53,806 bases of DNA, filler included, from Dimargaris cristalligena (GCA_003614675.1; 4 parts of 4 records of this genome joined end to end with filler, not necessarily neighbours in it), one strand, 5' to 3'; counted from the whole stretch's first letter, positions 1 to 13,413 are shown. The notes: generated from the sequence alone by a model not told the origin. Made by a program: numbers and translations.

Positions 1-267
1 TAGCCAGATGTATTTGTAAACTCTTCATTATTTATCAATTCAAGTAGTAATACTACATAGGTGGGACTTCAACCACTGCCTCAGTATAACTACCTTCAAG
101 AATCGCAGCTCTTAATAAAACATCTCTTTTTTCATTCATTCTTCTGAACTGTACTGGCAGTTTTGCCTACAGTTGTTTTAGAGGTTCGATTTTACTATCT
201 CTTTGATTATAAGGCATTCACGCCTATTATTTTATACTTACTTTACCATACTAAAGTAATTTATTCA

Positions 268-340
268 GGCCTCGTAGCTCAGTGGAAAGAGCGTTCCCCT
301 CCGGAGGGAAAAGTCCTTGGTTCGACCCCAAGCCTGGTCG
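268..340 (+). tRNA. tRNA-Arg(CCG), acceptor stem has two mismatches
   Basis: Cloverleaf read directly: D stem GCTC/GAGC, anticodon stem TTCCC/GGGAA with loop CT-CCG-GA, T stem CTTGG/CCAAG with TTCGA, A20 in the D loop, T-run terminator just downstream. Confidence 0.85.
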
Positions 341-757
341 CGTTTCTTTTTTAAGATTTTTTTGTTCTAGTCTTACAAATAATTTTATACTATAGTGATG
401 TGGTGGAAGTTGATATCCACGAAGTGTCTTCCATATTTTTAATACTGGGCGTCGTTGTGTTTAAACCCCAATGTTCGATCACGATCAGGCAAAATAATTG
501 CCGGGCACTTTATTTACTATTTCTGGCGGTTTGGCATGAAGAGGGTAAATTTATCTGTTTTTTTTTTATTCTGTCTTGTTTATATTTAACGTCCTAGGGA
601 CTAAATAAATATTGCCAATGGTGATTATGCTGTAATATAGTATAGTCAGAGTACGAGCCCATTTGGTAGTTCAATTGGGCTATTAGTTTCTATCGGAGAG
701 CAATATACAATACAGTGGGCGTAATAGGGCCAGGTCTATGGGGGCTGGCCGCCAATA

Positions 758-2631
758 TCAAAACTCGTCATCCCCCTCCTCGCCGAACGTGTATTTGGCG
801 TCTTTATTCCGTGTACGGGTTCGCGAGCTCAGAATTTCGACGTTATTATGTAACATAGCTGTTTTAAGGCGGGCTCTCTCCTGTTGTCGCTTTTTCTGTG
901 AATGTATTAATATTAAATAACCAAGAGAATGATCGGATGAATTGGGCATGGAAGGATGAATCTACCTAGTTAAGAGATGTAGCAATCAATACATTACTAT
1001 CGACGGATACACACGTAGAGCACTGGTATGAATATCCAGGTTTTGCATAATTTAAAGGAGTCACCAAACGTACCAGAGCAAGGGCATCAATCTCAGGGCG
1101 AATAGCCTGTTGAATACGGCGGTAGAGAAGCTTATCATAGCGCGAACTCGATGTACCAAGACTACTGATAAAGTCGTTGAACTCGTCTTCACTTGACGTC
1201 ACCTATGGAATAATCGGGTATGGAAAAGGTGAGAATGCAATGGGCAATTAGCCGAATATACATGCTTTCAGCGTATATCGAAATGCAATCGCGGCAAAAC
1301 TATACTGATCTTATAGAAACATGTTTGTATAACCTACCGCTTCCCAGCGACAATTGGGCTCGTGGGGGTCGGTTTGGCGATACAGCCAGGGGTGGCCTTT
1401 TGGTACGAATGCATTATAGATATCAGGATTAAGTGAAAACGGAGGCGATTAGATGGGGTTGATTAAGCCATAACAATTCATGCTATTGATTTATCGATCC
1501 TGGGCCATTTAACACCGACAAAATAGTCCAAAAACGGCTTGTTGAAAAATAGGGTACTTACCATCATTAAAGTAGTAATATTTGTGCTGATGGTCAATAA
1601 AAAAGGGCTCAACCATGATAGGATCCGATCGTTCGCCCTTCTTATTAAGGTTGGTGTTGGTCCTACTCTCAATATACTTGTGAATATCGGGGTTGTTTTG
1701 GAGCAGCGTTTCACAGAGGCCCCAAATAATTAAAAGCTGGAATTGCCATGAGAAGGCAAAAACCCCATTTAACGGAGACACGCAAACCAAGATAATCGGT
1801 TAGCATTTGAATATCGCTGAAAATAGTGCGGTAGTCATCAACGGAGATATTTTCCGGCTTACATCAATGAGTACCCACCTTATGTTGAGAGTCAAGTAAG
1901 TTGAAGTCGCCGTCGAATGCCATGGGGCTTTCCACCAACTGCCACGGCAAACTGCCTTGACACTGTGCCAGGTAGGCTCGTAAATAATTCTGCCAGTTAC
2001 CAGCACCGATACGCTCGCCTCTGTCAGTTCGAGCCAATTGAAGTAGGTCGCAGATCATAGTCTGGAGCAACTCCGACTGGTCACTTTGTAGGGCTACTTC
2101 GAATTCCTATGGAGTGCCAGTAGATCAGCCGATAATCATGGAAATGGGTGTTTATCGGGGGGTTAGGGTTATGTAGAGAGTATATTTGATTAGGGTGAGT
2201 AGTTAGGTTTAGGGTAAAGCGAGGCAGTCATTACAACCGATTCCGGCTGTAGGATAAGTTCCTAACGGCACCTTCGGTATTGGGCTAAGTTAGACTTATT
2301 TAAGAATAGCCGGTAATTATCCATTATGTAGCATGTTTACTTTATGGTGCAGCCTTGGATACTAGCAGAGAAGGTGTGGGTGAGGGGAAACGGACCTAAA
2401 TGGGCCAATCACTTGGTGCATTTGGTGCAGCCGGTGGTCGATTCCCCCTGCCCCTCTCCCTATCGAATGGGGAAATGCACAAATAGCTTGAAAGCCCCCA
2501 TGTACGCCCGAATTACTTACATTGGGGTCGAATGTGAAATCCTTGAATAGGAAACCGAATCGGGAGTAGAATCCTTGAACAAAGGCGAATTGCCACTGAT
2601 GCTTGACGGTGGATTCGGGCACGGTCATCAT
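758..2631 (-). CDS. Compact DDT-WHIM1/2/3 protein (RSF1/CECR2/Ioc3-type ISWI accessory subunit), ~279 aa, 6 exons
   Basis: Hand-spliced exons 2631-2521, 2106-1879, 1736-1562, 1396-1338, 1202-1074, 895-758 are in phase with GT-AG ends. Motifs: WQFAFVQGF..F..EFEVAL (DDT-like), KLLIIWGLCE (WHIM1), EPFFID..KYYYFND (WHIM2), WEAVTSSEDEF..L..S..RYDKLLY (WHIM3). Confidence 0.72.
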
Positions 2632-3842
2632 AACAAAGAACGGGGTGTGAGGAAGGGCAATGGGCAAGTTGGGGAGTGGGTAACGGCCAGGTAGAGGTAA
2701 TAACGGAATTAGGCTAGGTAAAAAGCATAATAAATTAAACCGCTGCCGTTGGATTGAAACGCGCAGGTAAACAAGAAGGGAGTAGTAGTAGTGTTATGGT
2801 ACATTTCCAGGCTAGTTGCAGAGCAGCTTTTACCGGTTTGTAGTAATATAGGCTCTATGCGACGCATGTTATAATAGTACCAGCACCTTTCTATTCCCAA
2901 TGCAGCAAAAAATGGATTAGCACTAGGGGAGAATGGATATACAGAGGGTTAGTCGAAAAAATCTGAATCAGCACATAAAAACATCTGTGTGTTATTTATT
3001 TACAATTACTTTTTATGTGAGGGTTAGTACTACGTAACTATACCACTGTGTAACATATGGGGCAGAGAAGCAAATGTAAATTAAATGAGCAAGGGGCCAT
3101 CGCGGACGGGTATGCTAAAAATGGGCGGGCTAATTAATCCGAGGCTAGCAGTAACTATCGGCATCAGCGGAAAAATAAGATGGCCTTTAATATAAGATTA
3201 ACCATTCTCTCCGACAGCAATTAAAGATAATGATGACACAAAGGAGGCAAGCAGCCCCCCTAACTCAACAAAAGACGCCTTTCCATTCCCTCTTTCCAAT
3301 TGGGAAGGGTAGGGGGTGTAGATATTCAAGGTTCGCTTGGATCAAGTGAGGTGGAGAGCCACTAGGCAGCATGATTGACCCAATGTGAACTGGCGATAGC
3401 TGATGAGTAAAATGATCAGCAACTTAGCTAGGTTGGAGGCAATAGGTATAGTAAAAGGTACTGGAGAACATCCTCCGCTCATGTGGGGGGAAAATCCAGA
3501 TTGAAAGGATAAAAGGAGGCATTATATTTTATTAAGGCCATAGGCGCAATCCATAGCACAGGATTACCAAGGCATTAAAGAAGATCGGGAATAACAATAC
3601 ACAACTAAAGACATTATGAGGTACAATAAACAGCGGAAATACGAAGGGAGGATGAGACACAGGATCCGTGGGAGCCGACCAAGTGGCAAATGAATAGGAG
3701 GAGTTGGTGCTGGGGAGATAGAAAGGTCGGGCGGGGGTAGAGGATAGGCGCAGATCCAACCCCGGCGGGTCCTCCTCCCCAATTCCAAGCCGCCATTGGG
3801 CCAGTCCAACAGAACCAAAACCCAAGGACAATTCAGGTAAGT

Positions 3843-4868
3843 CTATTTCATCTCATGGAAAACCTCCAGCCGCTTGCGGGTCGAAAAGCCCAGGTCCCCG
3901 CCGGTCATGCCGTTTTTCCCGTCGGTGTTGATATCGGAAGTGTCGCCGGCAAAGTGGTACTGGGTAATGATGGGAGGGCTCAGAGCCAAAACATTGAGTT
4001 CTTTGGACTTGGTCAAGCCGACAATCAGCAGATCGATGGGACCGTGGGGCTCGGCCAGCTTGGTCAGAAGCTTACGGGCGCCCTTCTTGGAAACGATGTA
4101 GCCGTGGCTGCAGACGGGGTAGTCGGCGTGGTAGAGATTGGCCTCCTTGTTGATGACATTCTGCTTCTGGCCTTCGAACCCACTGCAGTGACCCAGGTAC
4201 AGCATATCCCACTCCTCGCCCTTGGCGGCGTCCAGGGCGGCCTTGGTCTTGGTCGCAATATCGTAGTCGATGTCCACGTCGTCCTCAAGAACCAGGGCCA
4301 TGTTGATATCGGAACTGGCGATGACCTCCTCGTAGATTCGCATGTGGCTCTTCCAACAGGCCAACTGGGCATCCCGCAAATGGGTCTTCCCGCTGGTCCA
4401 GAGGGGGTCCTTCTTGATCTCCTCCTTGTCAGTGGCCGGGAACACACTGAAGTCGAGGTGGAGGAAGGAGCCCATCTCCAACATGGAATCGCGGCGGTCG
4501 GTACGGGCAGGCAGGTTCATGAGGAAGATCTTATCCAGACCCAGGTGACTGTAGAGAACGGGCAGGGCCGGGGTGGTGGGGGCGACGAGCTGAGTAACGG
4601 TTTGGGTCACGGTTATGACCTCGGCCGATACCAGGGCCGAGGGAGTGGAATCGACGGCCACCTGGGAAGCGGACTTTTCGACGGAGGCAGCCGCGGTGGT
4701 TTCGGCACGGTTGGACAAAGAGTTGGACACCAGGATGCAGATACCGCCCACGGTAACCAAGACCAGTAGGACGTACAAATACTTGCGCCGGGAAAAACGG
4801 GGCTTGGAGGAGGAAGTGAACTGGTCCTCGGTGCCCTCCTCCACTAGACTGTAACTGTCGGGACGCAT
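3843..4868 (-). CDS. Glycosyltransferase family 25, type II membrane protein, intronless
   Basis: N-terminal TM helix after RRK; LMNLPARTDRR, ACWKSH, LVLEDD, WDMLYLG and SHGYIVS..GARKLL motifs. Start taken at MRPDS because the longer ORF-track start runs through a CT microsatellite. Confidence 0.88.
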   Translation of the reverse strand: MRPDSYSLVEEGTEDQFTSSSKPRFSRRKYLYVLLVLVTVGGICILVSNSLSNRAETTAAASVEKSASQVAVDSTPSALVSAEVITVTQTVTQLVAPTTPALPVLYSHLGLDKIFLMNLPARTDRRDSMLEMGSFLHLDFSVFPATDKEEIKKDPLWTSGKTHLRDAQLACWKSHMRIYEEVIASSDINMALVLEDDVDIDYDIATKTKAALDAAKGEEWDMLYLGHCSGFEGQKQNVINKEANLYHADYPVCSHGYIVSKKGARKLLTKLAEPHGPIDLLIVGLTKSKELNVLALSPPIITQYHFAGDTSDINTDGKNGMTGGDLGFSTRKRLEVFHEMK

Positions 4869-4991
4869 GGAGGTACGAAGTGGATAAAAAATCAATATAG
4901 GAATGAAGTCCAATAATTGGGTCGAGGCCAAGCGGGGGAAAGGGCCTGGAAGAAGGGCCAGGCACTGGTACTGGCAGAAGACAGACAACAC

Positions 4992-5035
4992 GAGAGAGAG
5001 GGAGAGAGAGAGAGAGAGGGAGAGAGAGAGAGAGA
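4992..5035. repeat. Imperfect (GA)n/(CT)n microsatellite upstream of the GT25 start
   Basis: Seen directly. Confidence 0.9.
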
Positions 5036-6542
5036 TGGAGTGAAGGATGCAAGGCGGGTGGGGGGGAATAGAAAAGTTATATATAGTGTGTTTGTAGGCC
5101 AGTGTGACCAATGCATGTAATCAAGCAGCTGGAATGCTGGAGGCGGATCGTCGGAGTGCGGCAATAAGAGCTGAAGAGTGGTGGGGAAGATGGGGTGGAC
5201 TACTGAGAGGCCACCTATATAGCCTTGAAGTCAAAGAGAGAGATCCTTTTCGGGAAAGTGAAAATCTCGCCCGGGATGAAAGAAAATCCCCAAAGCCGCG
5301 CTAAAATATATCCCATCCGGCTCTCAGCCAGCCAATGATAACCTCCCTTTCCGTGATAGGCATGTGGCTCGTCAGCAAGGGTTGGCCTGGTAATAGAAGT
5401 AGCAATAGATAGATAGATAATCCATCTACTCTATACATCCTTTCTTCTCCTACTTTTTGTAGCAGGTGTCGACTACAACGACGACTTTACTTGGAAACCA
5501 CTCTTGGGAGTTGCTGCCCCTACCATTTACCACGGGGCCACCCCCTGCGCCCCCCTCGGATTGCCATCCCACACTACTAGCCGGGGGCTTCTTTCCTTAG
5601 TGGCTCCACCATGTCTGCTAGCTTGGATAAGAGTAATAGCCTCCCGAACCGCAGGGGGAAATGTCCTAATAGTACACATCCAAATCCCCGCCATTGAAGC
5701 ACAACTATGCTGCTCAGCCTCTCCATCAACCGCGTTCCTGAGGCTGATGCGTGGCTGTTTGCAGCTGTGGTACAACCCCCGTTTTATAACGACCGGCTAC
5801 CTTAATTATCCCCCTCCATTTCATGGTTTGGTCAACTCTCCCTCTAGGCCACCACCCTCTTTCCCATCAACCACACTCCAAACTGCCAAATAAACCTCGG
5901 CCATAATAACAAAATAGGCCAATCCACTCCTACATATATTATTAAATACCCATGAGTAAGCAAGTACAAAGTACCAAAATTTGCTATAAATTACCTTACC
6001 GTCACATTTAAAATGGTGGTGGCGCTACAAGATATCCTACTTTGACCAGTGTCTATAATAAATCAAGCGCGAATTACCTGTAGGATCATCATTCCAAACT
6101 CCCAATAACTAAACAATGGGTGCCCCCCCCCCATTCATCTAACCCGACCAGCCTGTTCATTAAATTCTGCTTTCTCACACCAATCAATCCTATTGTTGCC
6201 GAGAGATTATGTGAAAATTATTAATCTATAGAGACCATCTTAAAAATAGACTCGTATTTTTAGCTGAACAGTAACCGCTCCTTATACGAGCCACTTTACT
6301 GCTGGCCAATGAAATTCCTGGAAAGGACAATGAAAGTTGGCATCTCTAACTTCTCAATTGGGGTGTTGGACCAATAGTCGATAGACTGATTATTTTTTCA
6401 TTGGCCAGAGTGCAGTTTCTGTACGAGCCTCACTCACACACTCACACTCACACATACCATATGTACACAAACAAAACAATATATACCTCATCTAGTCCTA
6501 CCACCATCACAGTGCTTGGACTAAAAGAATGAAAAAGTTGAG

Positions 6543-6624
6543 TGAGCAGAGTGGGGTTCGAACCCACGCCCCCGAAGAGACTGCGGCCTAAACGCAGCGC
6601 CTTAGACCACTCGGCCATCTGCCC
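6543..6624 (-). tRNA. tRNA-Leu(TAG)
   Basis: Reverse complement GGGCAGATGGCCGAGTGGTCTAAGGCG-CTGCG-TTTAGGC-CGCAG, long variable arm, GTGGGTTCGAACCCCAC-TCTGCTCA; 82 nt, no intron. Confidence 0.96.
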
Positions 6625-7290
6625 TCACATGTTAGTGGTGATTTTCTTTAAACTATATAAAAGCATAAAAATAAAATGGTGGGCACCAAATTGGGGGCTT
6701 CTAACCCTCCGTAATTGTAATCTCACTGTCCAAGTATCGTACGAATTGATCTTCCATGTCGGTAGTACTCTACCCTACACACCGGTTGATTAATACTGGT
6801 TTAATATCTTAGTGGAACCAACTATCTTGTAATTGTTAATCCTATCTTTTACTATATCAGCTTTACCGGGATTAAAGCATAGAATAGTTTTTGATATGTT
6901 TTTGCACCATAAATACCACTGCTAATGTCGCTTGATGTATCCTCCTGGTAGGCAATATATATAGCAGACCGCCAACGGGCCTTTTTAACATATAGTCTAT
7001 AATTGATTATCCAGTCCTATGACATGCAACATTCTCGCATTATATTTTAAACGATATGCGTGGCCTTCGGGCCTATTAAATGGGAATATTTGGGAAGATT
7101 TCATGGTCATTTTCCGGTAATCTACCCAAGCCACATTGATAGGGTATTTATTTTTCCCCCCAGACGTTAGGCCACAGTTTTGGCAATACTCGAAATTCAG
7201 TTGAGCAACTTTCTCTGGTGAACACCGCGATTCTCATTATTTTTATCAATGTAGTTTTCTACATACCTTATATTTAACTGATTCTCCATA

Positions 7291-9270
7291 ATGTCCGCTC
7301 GATTCCCAGCCCTTAAGCTCAGAAGGCTCCCGGCTGTTCTTGGCCATACCGGCTTCCGCCGCATTCCTGTCCACCCATTGGGTCAGCCTTTAGTGCCTCA
7401 ACGGCAATTTAGCGGTTATCCGCACACTGGGGCTCCCAAGAAATTCAGACCGGCGCTGAGTCCTTTTGATGTCAACGCTAGAGATCACACCACAGGACCT
7501 CCCGTTTCACAACGACGACCCACCAAGATTCGTTTTAATCCTAAAGAGCTAACGAACACCTGGGACCCAGCTATCCATCACGATAACCCGAATGACGGTC
7601 TGAATAGCGAGTTCGGTAGGTTTTTTATTTTCTTCTTTATACATGTGGGAGTGGCCCAATGCGCCATTACAAGAAGTGAATGAGCGAACGAGTGGATCAC
7701 CCAACGTTACAAGCCAAGCGTGGCCTAGTCAAAGGGGGTTTTTGTTGTACGGCTGATTAGAACTGGTCCCATGGTGTAAAATGCTTTATGTGTGGGGAGT
7801 GCTTTCTTAGGAATAGTATACCTCTTAGTTGGTCCATTATTGGTGTCCAGATTATATCCAAACATTTCGAAGGAAGGCACTCTAAAATCCATCGCCCACT
7901 CGGCCCAGCACGTATGCAAACCAGGCCTGGTCTGACACTACTGTTCTAGCCCATAATCGCTAATGCATTCCTTTGACTTAACTACCTGTCACCACGGGTC
8001 TTTCCTTATTTTCTCCTACAGGGCTGGACGAATCACACTTGCCGAGTCGATTTATAATTGTACAAAATGTCCCGCCCACGATGATTCCAGCTGATTTCCG
8101 AGCCATTGCCCAACGCAGTGGAATGCTCCCTGAGCAAATCGTGGATGGTAAGTCCTACGTAAATTCCTATTTATACTTTAATCGTTCTTCCCAAATTACT
8201 ACAGGTAACTATAGGGGTTGGCCACTGCCACAGTCGGTTGATCCATCTAATTACCCAACCTTCTTATCTATACGTCCTTTGTACATTTACCTGATATCCG
8301 AACATCGCATATTATTCACTGCGTGTATATCGATTTAGTATATCCACGCTATGACTCCAACTCTATATTAACCAGTCAAGTGGTTGTTGAGTTTGCAACC
8401 CGTTCGGCAGCCTCCAGCTTTCTCATCAAAAATGGCCAACACAGCGTCACGGGCCAAGTGCTAAATATGAACTTCGTAAGTGGTCCTCTACATCCGGCCC
8501 CGGTGCCTTTTTTTAAATAATAATAATAATGGCGAAGTCCGTTGAAATTTAAAGGGATTTTTAGGGATTTTAACTATTTAGTGGGATCCTAAGGATTCGC
8601 ACCATCAGCGACGATTTTATTTTTACCTCAGAGGTGCTAACTCCACATAATTCCTATGCATTCTCTTTATTATGCGATCAATCAATGATGATATTGGGAC
8701 TACACCAATCCTTATGTTTGACTATGTACCGCGTGTAGTTAAAAGATAATATAGACACGCTACAGCTGCGGCCTTCCTTCATCAATAATGCCTCAGGCCG
8801 GTGCGTCTTGGCCCTAGGGTTCCCCAAGCAAGTCACCGATAGTGAAGTGCACCAATTCTTCAGCGGATACGAAATTGTGGAGAGTTCCAACGCGGGGGTC
8901 ATTCGCCTTCCCATGTAAGTAGCTTACTAATCGGCTCCATCCACTTTCTAACCATTCCATCCATAGCCAACCCTGACCCAGAATTAAGCCGCTGGGCCAT
9001 CCATTGTTATCCAACTCAGGGGTGTCGGAGCTTTTCTGTCCTTGGCTATTCGATCCACCAAGAATACGCTGATACTCATACTCTGAACGATTTAATTTGA
9101 CTTTAACCATCTGAATTAGGAACCCACCCCGAATCGTTGCCAGCCGGTTTGTGATCCATCTATCGGGCAACCGAGAGGCCGAGCGCGTGGTGCGCGAGAC
9201 TAATAATAAGTTCTTCACCCCCACTACTTCCACCGGATTTCATCCTATCAAGACCTCCATTCTCTACTAA
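7291..9270 (+). CDS. Putative mitochondrial protein with two RRM-like domains, multi-exon
   Basis: Arg-rich presequence-like N-terminus lacking acidic residues. Exons encode FIIVQNVPP..VVVEFATRSAASSF and CVLALGFPKQVTDSEVHQFF..FVIHLSGNREAERVVRE..IKTSILY*, with GT-AG junctions. Confidence 0.6.
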
Positions 9271-9864
9271 GTTCACCGCACGCCAGCCTTATAAATACTA
9301 AACTCCGGCGAGGTCTGTCCTATCGAACTAGCTACCAGTTGATATGAAAGTTGCATATGTTTGGACCCCCAAGGCTGACTAAATTAGTTCATTAATGTAG
9401 TTAATTGGGCTACAACTAATTTAGACCTTCCTCCAGTTCCATGATAGTTTAATGAGTTCTCGGGCGCATGAAAATGGCACAGCTCCCGGAAATATACATG
9501 CCTCATTCATTAGATGCCATATCCATATGAAGGGGGTCTTGCCTGGCCGGGGTTGGTTTTTTTATTAACCAATAATATATTAGACCAACAAAAATAAAAC
9601 AAGGAATAGTTGAAATAACATAAATTGATGGGGGATTTTAAGAATACAGAGCAAACAATGTAGGGTATAAGCCATGATGTTGGTCATATGCTAAATCTGG
9701 TATCTAACGATTGGCTTCTATTAGCCAGCTAAATTCTACTCACCAAGTCAAGGAATTCAAAAACAATAATGGTAATAAAAAAGGGGAGCCCCTCTTCCAA
9801 GTTGGGATACCGGGGCACCATCTGCTTCCTTGTCGGCTTTCGACGAGGCCTGGAGAAGGTCACT

Positions 9865-12735
9865 TTACAACGGATCTTCGACCTTGACACCAAAGGCCTT
9901 GAACCAGTAATCTTTCACGTATCTGCATCCCCAGTCCCGGCCCACTAGACTCTGGGCCTCTTGGGCCGAAATCGTGCTCGAGCGATCCCGGTTCTTCTCC
10001 ATGAGGCGGGTGGCCAGGAAGAGCCAGTTGACGGTCTGGAACGGGGTGTGGTATTCCTGCCGTTTGATCGTGTCGCGTTTCGCGTTCGTGTGTATACGCT
10101 CGTAAAGCTCGCGGTCGGTCATGAGGTCGTACAACGTGTCGGCGGCCTTGGCGATATCCCCGGTCGGTACCAAGAACCCGGTCTTGCCGTGTTTGATCTG
10201 TAGGGGAATCCCGCCGGTGGCGTAGGCCACCACCGGCTTGCCCTTGGCTAGGGACTCCGTCACCTTGACCTCGAAACCCTCCCGGGTGGACAACTGAAGG
10301 GCGCAGTAGGACCCACTCAGCAGGGCGTTGAGCAACTGGTCGCACGGGGGAATACGGGCCACACAGATGTCATCGCTAATCTCCTCGAATTGCGGCTCGG
10401 AGAGGCGGCGGATGGTGTCCTGGTACACAATGGCACCGTCGGGGTCGTCAACGCTCCCGTGGCCACAAATAACCAACTGCGGCAACTGCACATCGAGATC
10501 TTTGTTCTTCGCCATGCGCTCGCGAAGCAGACGGAAAGCTTCCAGACAGTCGGGAATACCTGTTTGGTTGGCGTTTTGGAAATTATAGATGCCCATTTAA
10601 ATATTTCAAAGCGTTAGAGCTGTTTTCAAGATATTATGTTCTTCATCCCAGCATTGGTCCGAACCAATACTACCGGGCTTGCAGAAGTATATTGGTGGCC
10701 AAATGGGCCCAATGGTCGAATGTCCGAAATATAAGCTACGTACCTTTCGATGGGTCGAACCGGGCAATCTGGATAATATAGGGGCGAACCTGGCTCAAAG
10801 GCGGCGACAGCTGATCGTTACAAATACGGTTAAAGATAACGTGATAGTAGTTCTGGTTGATCAAGTTAAGGTGTTTGTTGAGACCATCGAGGGGGTCAGT
10901 CGACGCGGGCATGAGGACAACCCTACTGTGCTCAACCCAGGGTGGGATGAACCCAGCGACGGGGTGGCTAATGAACAGGTCGGCGTGCTTGATGAACTGC
11001 CACAGGAAACTCCAAGTATCGTGTTGGGGGGAGCCTTCGATCGCAACCAAGTCGGATCGGATTTCAATGTGCGACCGGAAAATGATCTTGCAGTTGGGAT
11101 TGCTTTCCTTGATACGGGGGATAATACCGGCCACTAGAAGTTCCATGAAATAAACGTGATATAGGGGGTAACCGCAGTGAGTTAAGAGAGTCTCTAAAAT
11201 GATCGATCCAGCGAATTTCGGGACAGGTCTGGAGAAAAGGTAGCCAGTATTACTGGTCTAAGTCCTCCAATGGCCTCATTTATCTCCCTCTGATAGAAAG
11301 GGGACATGTACTAAGCTAGGGCAGCAATGGGTGCCAAGCGGTCAATACACAGAAAATGAACCTACGTTGTGGGTCATCCATAATGATAACATCGGAGCTT
11401 TGAACCGGCCCTTTGGGGGTAATCCAGTAGCGGTCAAAGTTCATTTCGCACCACTCAATGTACAGTTTCTTCTCGTCGTCGGTGAGACGCAAATCGGGTT
11501 TTGCAACACCCTGTAGTACATTGTGGAATTTGCACTTTGTAATCTGGAACACAGCAGGGTTGGGCTTGGCCACGTACCCTAAAGGCACGACAAGCCAGTA
11601 TCACAGGGGAATTGTAAAATAGCAGGGGGTGTGATTAGGGCGGGGATAAACATGTGGCTAATTTAGCCTGGCTGGCTAAAGACCAAAGATCCGGGAATCT
11701 ATCAACAGCCAGTATCATATTCAAAATGCGACGGACTTACAGTGAGCGTCCACTCCAAGAAGATTGAGCAACCGAATGGTAGCGTGACGCATCAGTGCCA
11801 CACCGCCACCTTGGGGAGTGGAGTTGAAGAAGGACATGGTCAAATCGCGCTCGCGGCACTCGTGGGCCAGCTTGATAAGTGCCTGCCAATAGCCTGCATG
11901 GGTGATGTCTTCGTAGTGTGGCAAATCGGAGATGCGAATGTGACCACCCACATCGACTTTATAAGCCCATAATTAAGAAATAATAGTTCGCGGATTGCAA
12001 TACAAAAGCTGTGATTAATATGGGACGATTTTGATGGCAGGGGGGGCACCTTGGCAGTGATACGGCAATGGGGGGAGGGCAATCATGGCGAAACCCGGGG
12101 GCGGTTCCCCAAGGGATAGTATATACCGCGCTCATTGTAGAAGCTTATTTATAGTATTCAATGGGGGAGTACGGGCACGTACCTTCGACTTCGTGATGGA
12201 TGGAGACGCTGATACGGGGTACGTTACCGGGAGTTTGAGGGCTGAGCCAGTCCACGATCTTACGCACCCCCGATGCGGCGCGCTCCTGGATACTGTCACC
12301 TTCGGTCGTGATCTCAAAGGGGATAGAGTCCATGTCGAACCAGGACTTCATCAAGACGGCGTGGTGGATATCCTGCAGCATTTCGTTATCCGCGCTCGCC
12401 GAGCCGCCGTCGGTTACCCCTACGCTGATGGCTAGAATTTTGTAGCCGCGCTCACGGGCATAGCGACGGAGCACCGTCATCATATGCTCTGCGTAGTGGT
12501 CGGCAATTGATACGCCCTCTTCGCGCAGGGCCAGTGTAATGGACCCTTCGTGGAAGTCCAGGTAGAAACTACCGTCGTGAGTACAGACGGCCCAGTGCAC
12601 CAGAGTGGGGTCCTTGGAGTCCAGGGCCGCGTCCACACCACAGTAGACGCCCTGGAGGACGACGGGTACGCTGTCCATTGAGGGACGACGCTGGTAGACC
12701 CGGCGACTAAATTGAACCTGTTGGTCGGCTGGCAT
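9865..12735 (-). CDS. Trehalose phosphorylase / trehalose synthase (GT4, fungal TSase/ccg-9 type), multi-exon
   Basis: FFNSTPQGGGVALMRHA, FQITKCKFHNVLQGVA, DDPQ, RSHIEIRSDL, QIARFDPSKG, GHGSVDDPDG and LSTREGFEVKVTE..KGKPVVAYATGGIPLQI motifs on successive exons. Confidence 0.92.
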
Positions 12736-13413
12736 GGTCGCTGAATGGCCAAAGGGGGGAAATAGGAGGGGGGAGGGTCTTCTTACTAGGAGAAATGGGG
12801 GGTAAAGTGACGAGGCCACCGCGTTACACAGAGGCAATAATTAGAAGTACAGGGTAGCACGACGGCACAGTCCAGACCAAGCGAAGAACCAAACTATAAA
12901 ACGGAGCCAATGGGAGGGAGCAAAGACAAAGGAGGAGGCTAAAGTCAGGGCTATGGGGAGATAGTTCAGAGAAAGTTATGGTAGGGGAGTGAAGAGTTAA
13001 AGGCTGTGCCAAAGTAGAGGAGACACTGCCAGTGAGATGATGTGCAAACGGGGGGATACTGTGAGAGACCCAGGCACTCAAAGTACACAGTTAAGCCCAG
13101 GAGATATATAGAAAAGCCGCAACCGAGACGGCCATGTATCAGAATTAAGGAGGAGAATGGTGGAGATGGTAGTAGTTACTCAGCCAGTATAGCCGAAGTT
13201 CCGTTCCTTTATAGCCCAGTGTCTCAGATTCTGAAACCTATGCGATCCTAAACTGAAGCGCCCGCCCCGTCGACTCTGCTGCGAATAGGGGTTACAGAGA
13301 CGGTTGCGTGGCCCCTCCCCACTCGGACTGGGGCGGAGCAGTCCGGATCATACCACCTATTCCAAGGGCCGTGTGCAACAGGTATTTAATGAGCCGCAAA
13401 GCGCCTTGCCCCT

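Noticed and set aside
2160-2216. TTAGGG-like repeats suggesting an interstitial telomere
   Set aside because: Irregular, and on the coding strand they read as CCTAAC/CTAAC branch-point-like motifs near the 3' end of an intron.
3855-4769. 304-aa + strand ORF
   Set aside because: Antisense shadow of the GC3-rich GT25 gene; no independent motifs.
3843-4868. Intronless GT25 as a bacterial horizontal transfer
   Set aside because: It has a eukaryotic type II membrane architecture and codon style like its neighbours; no direct evidence for transfer.
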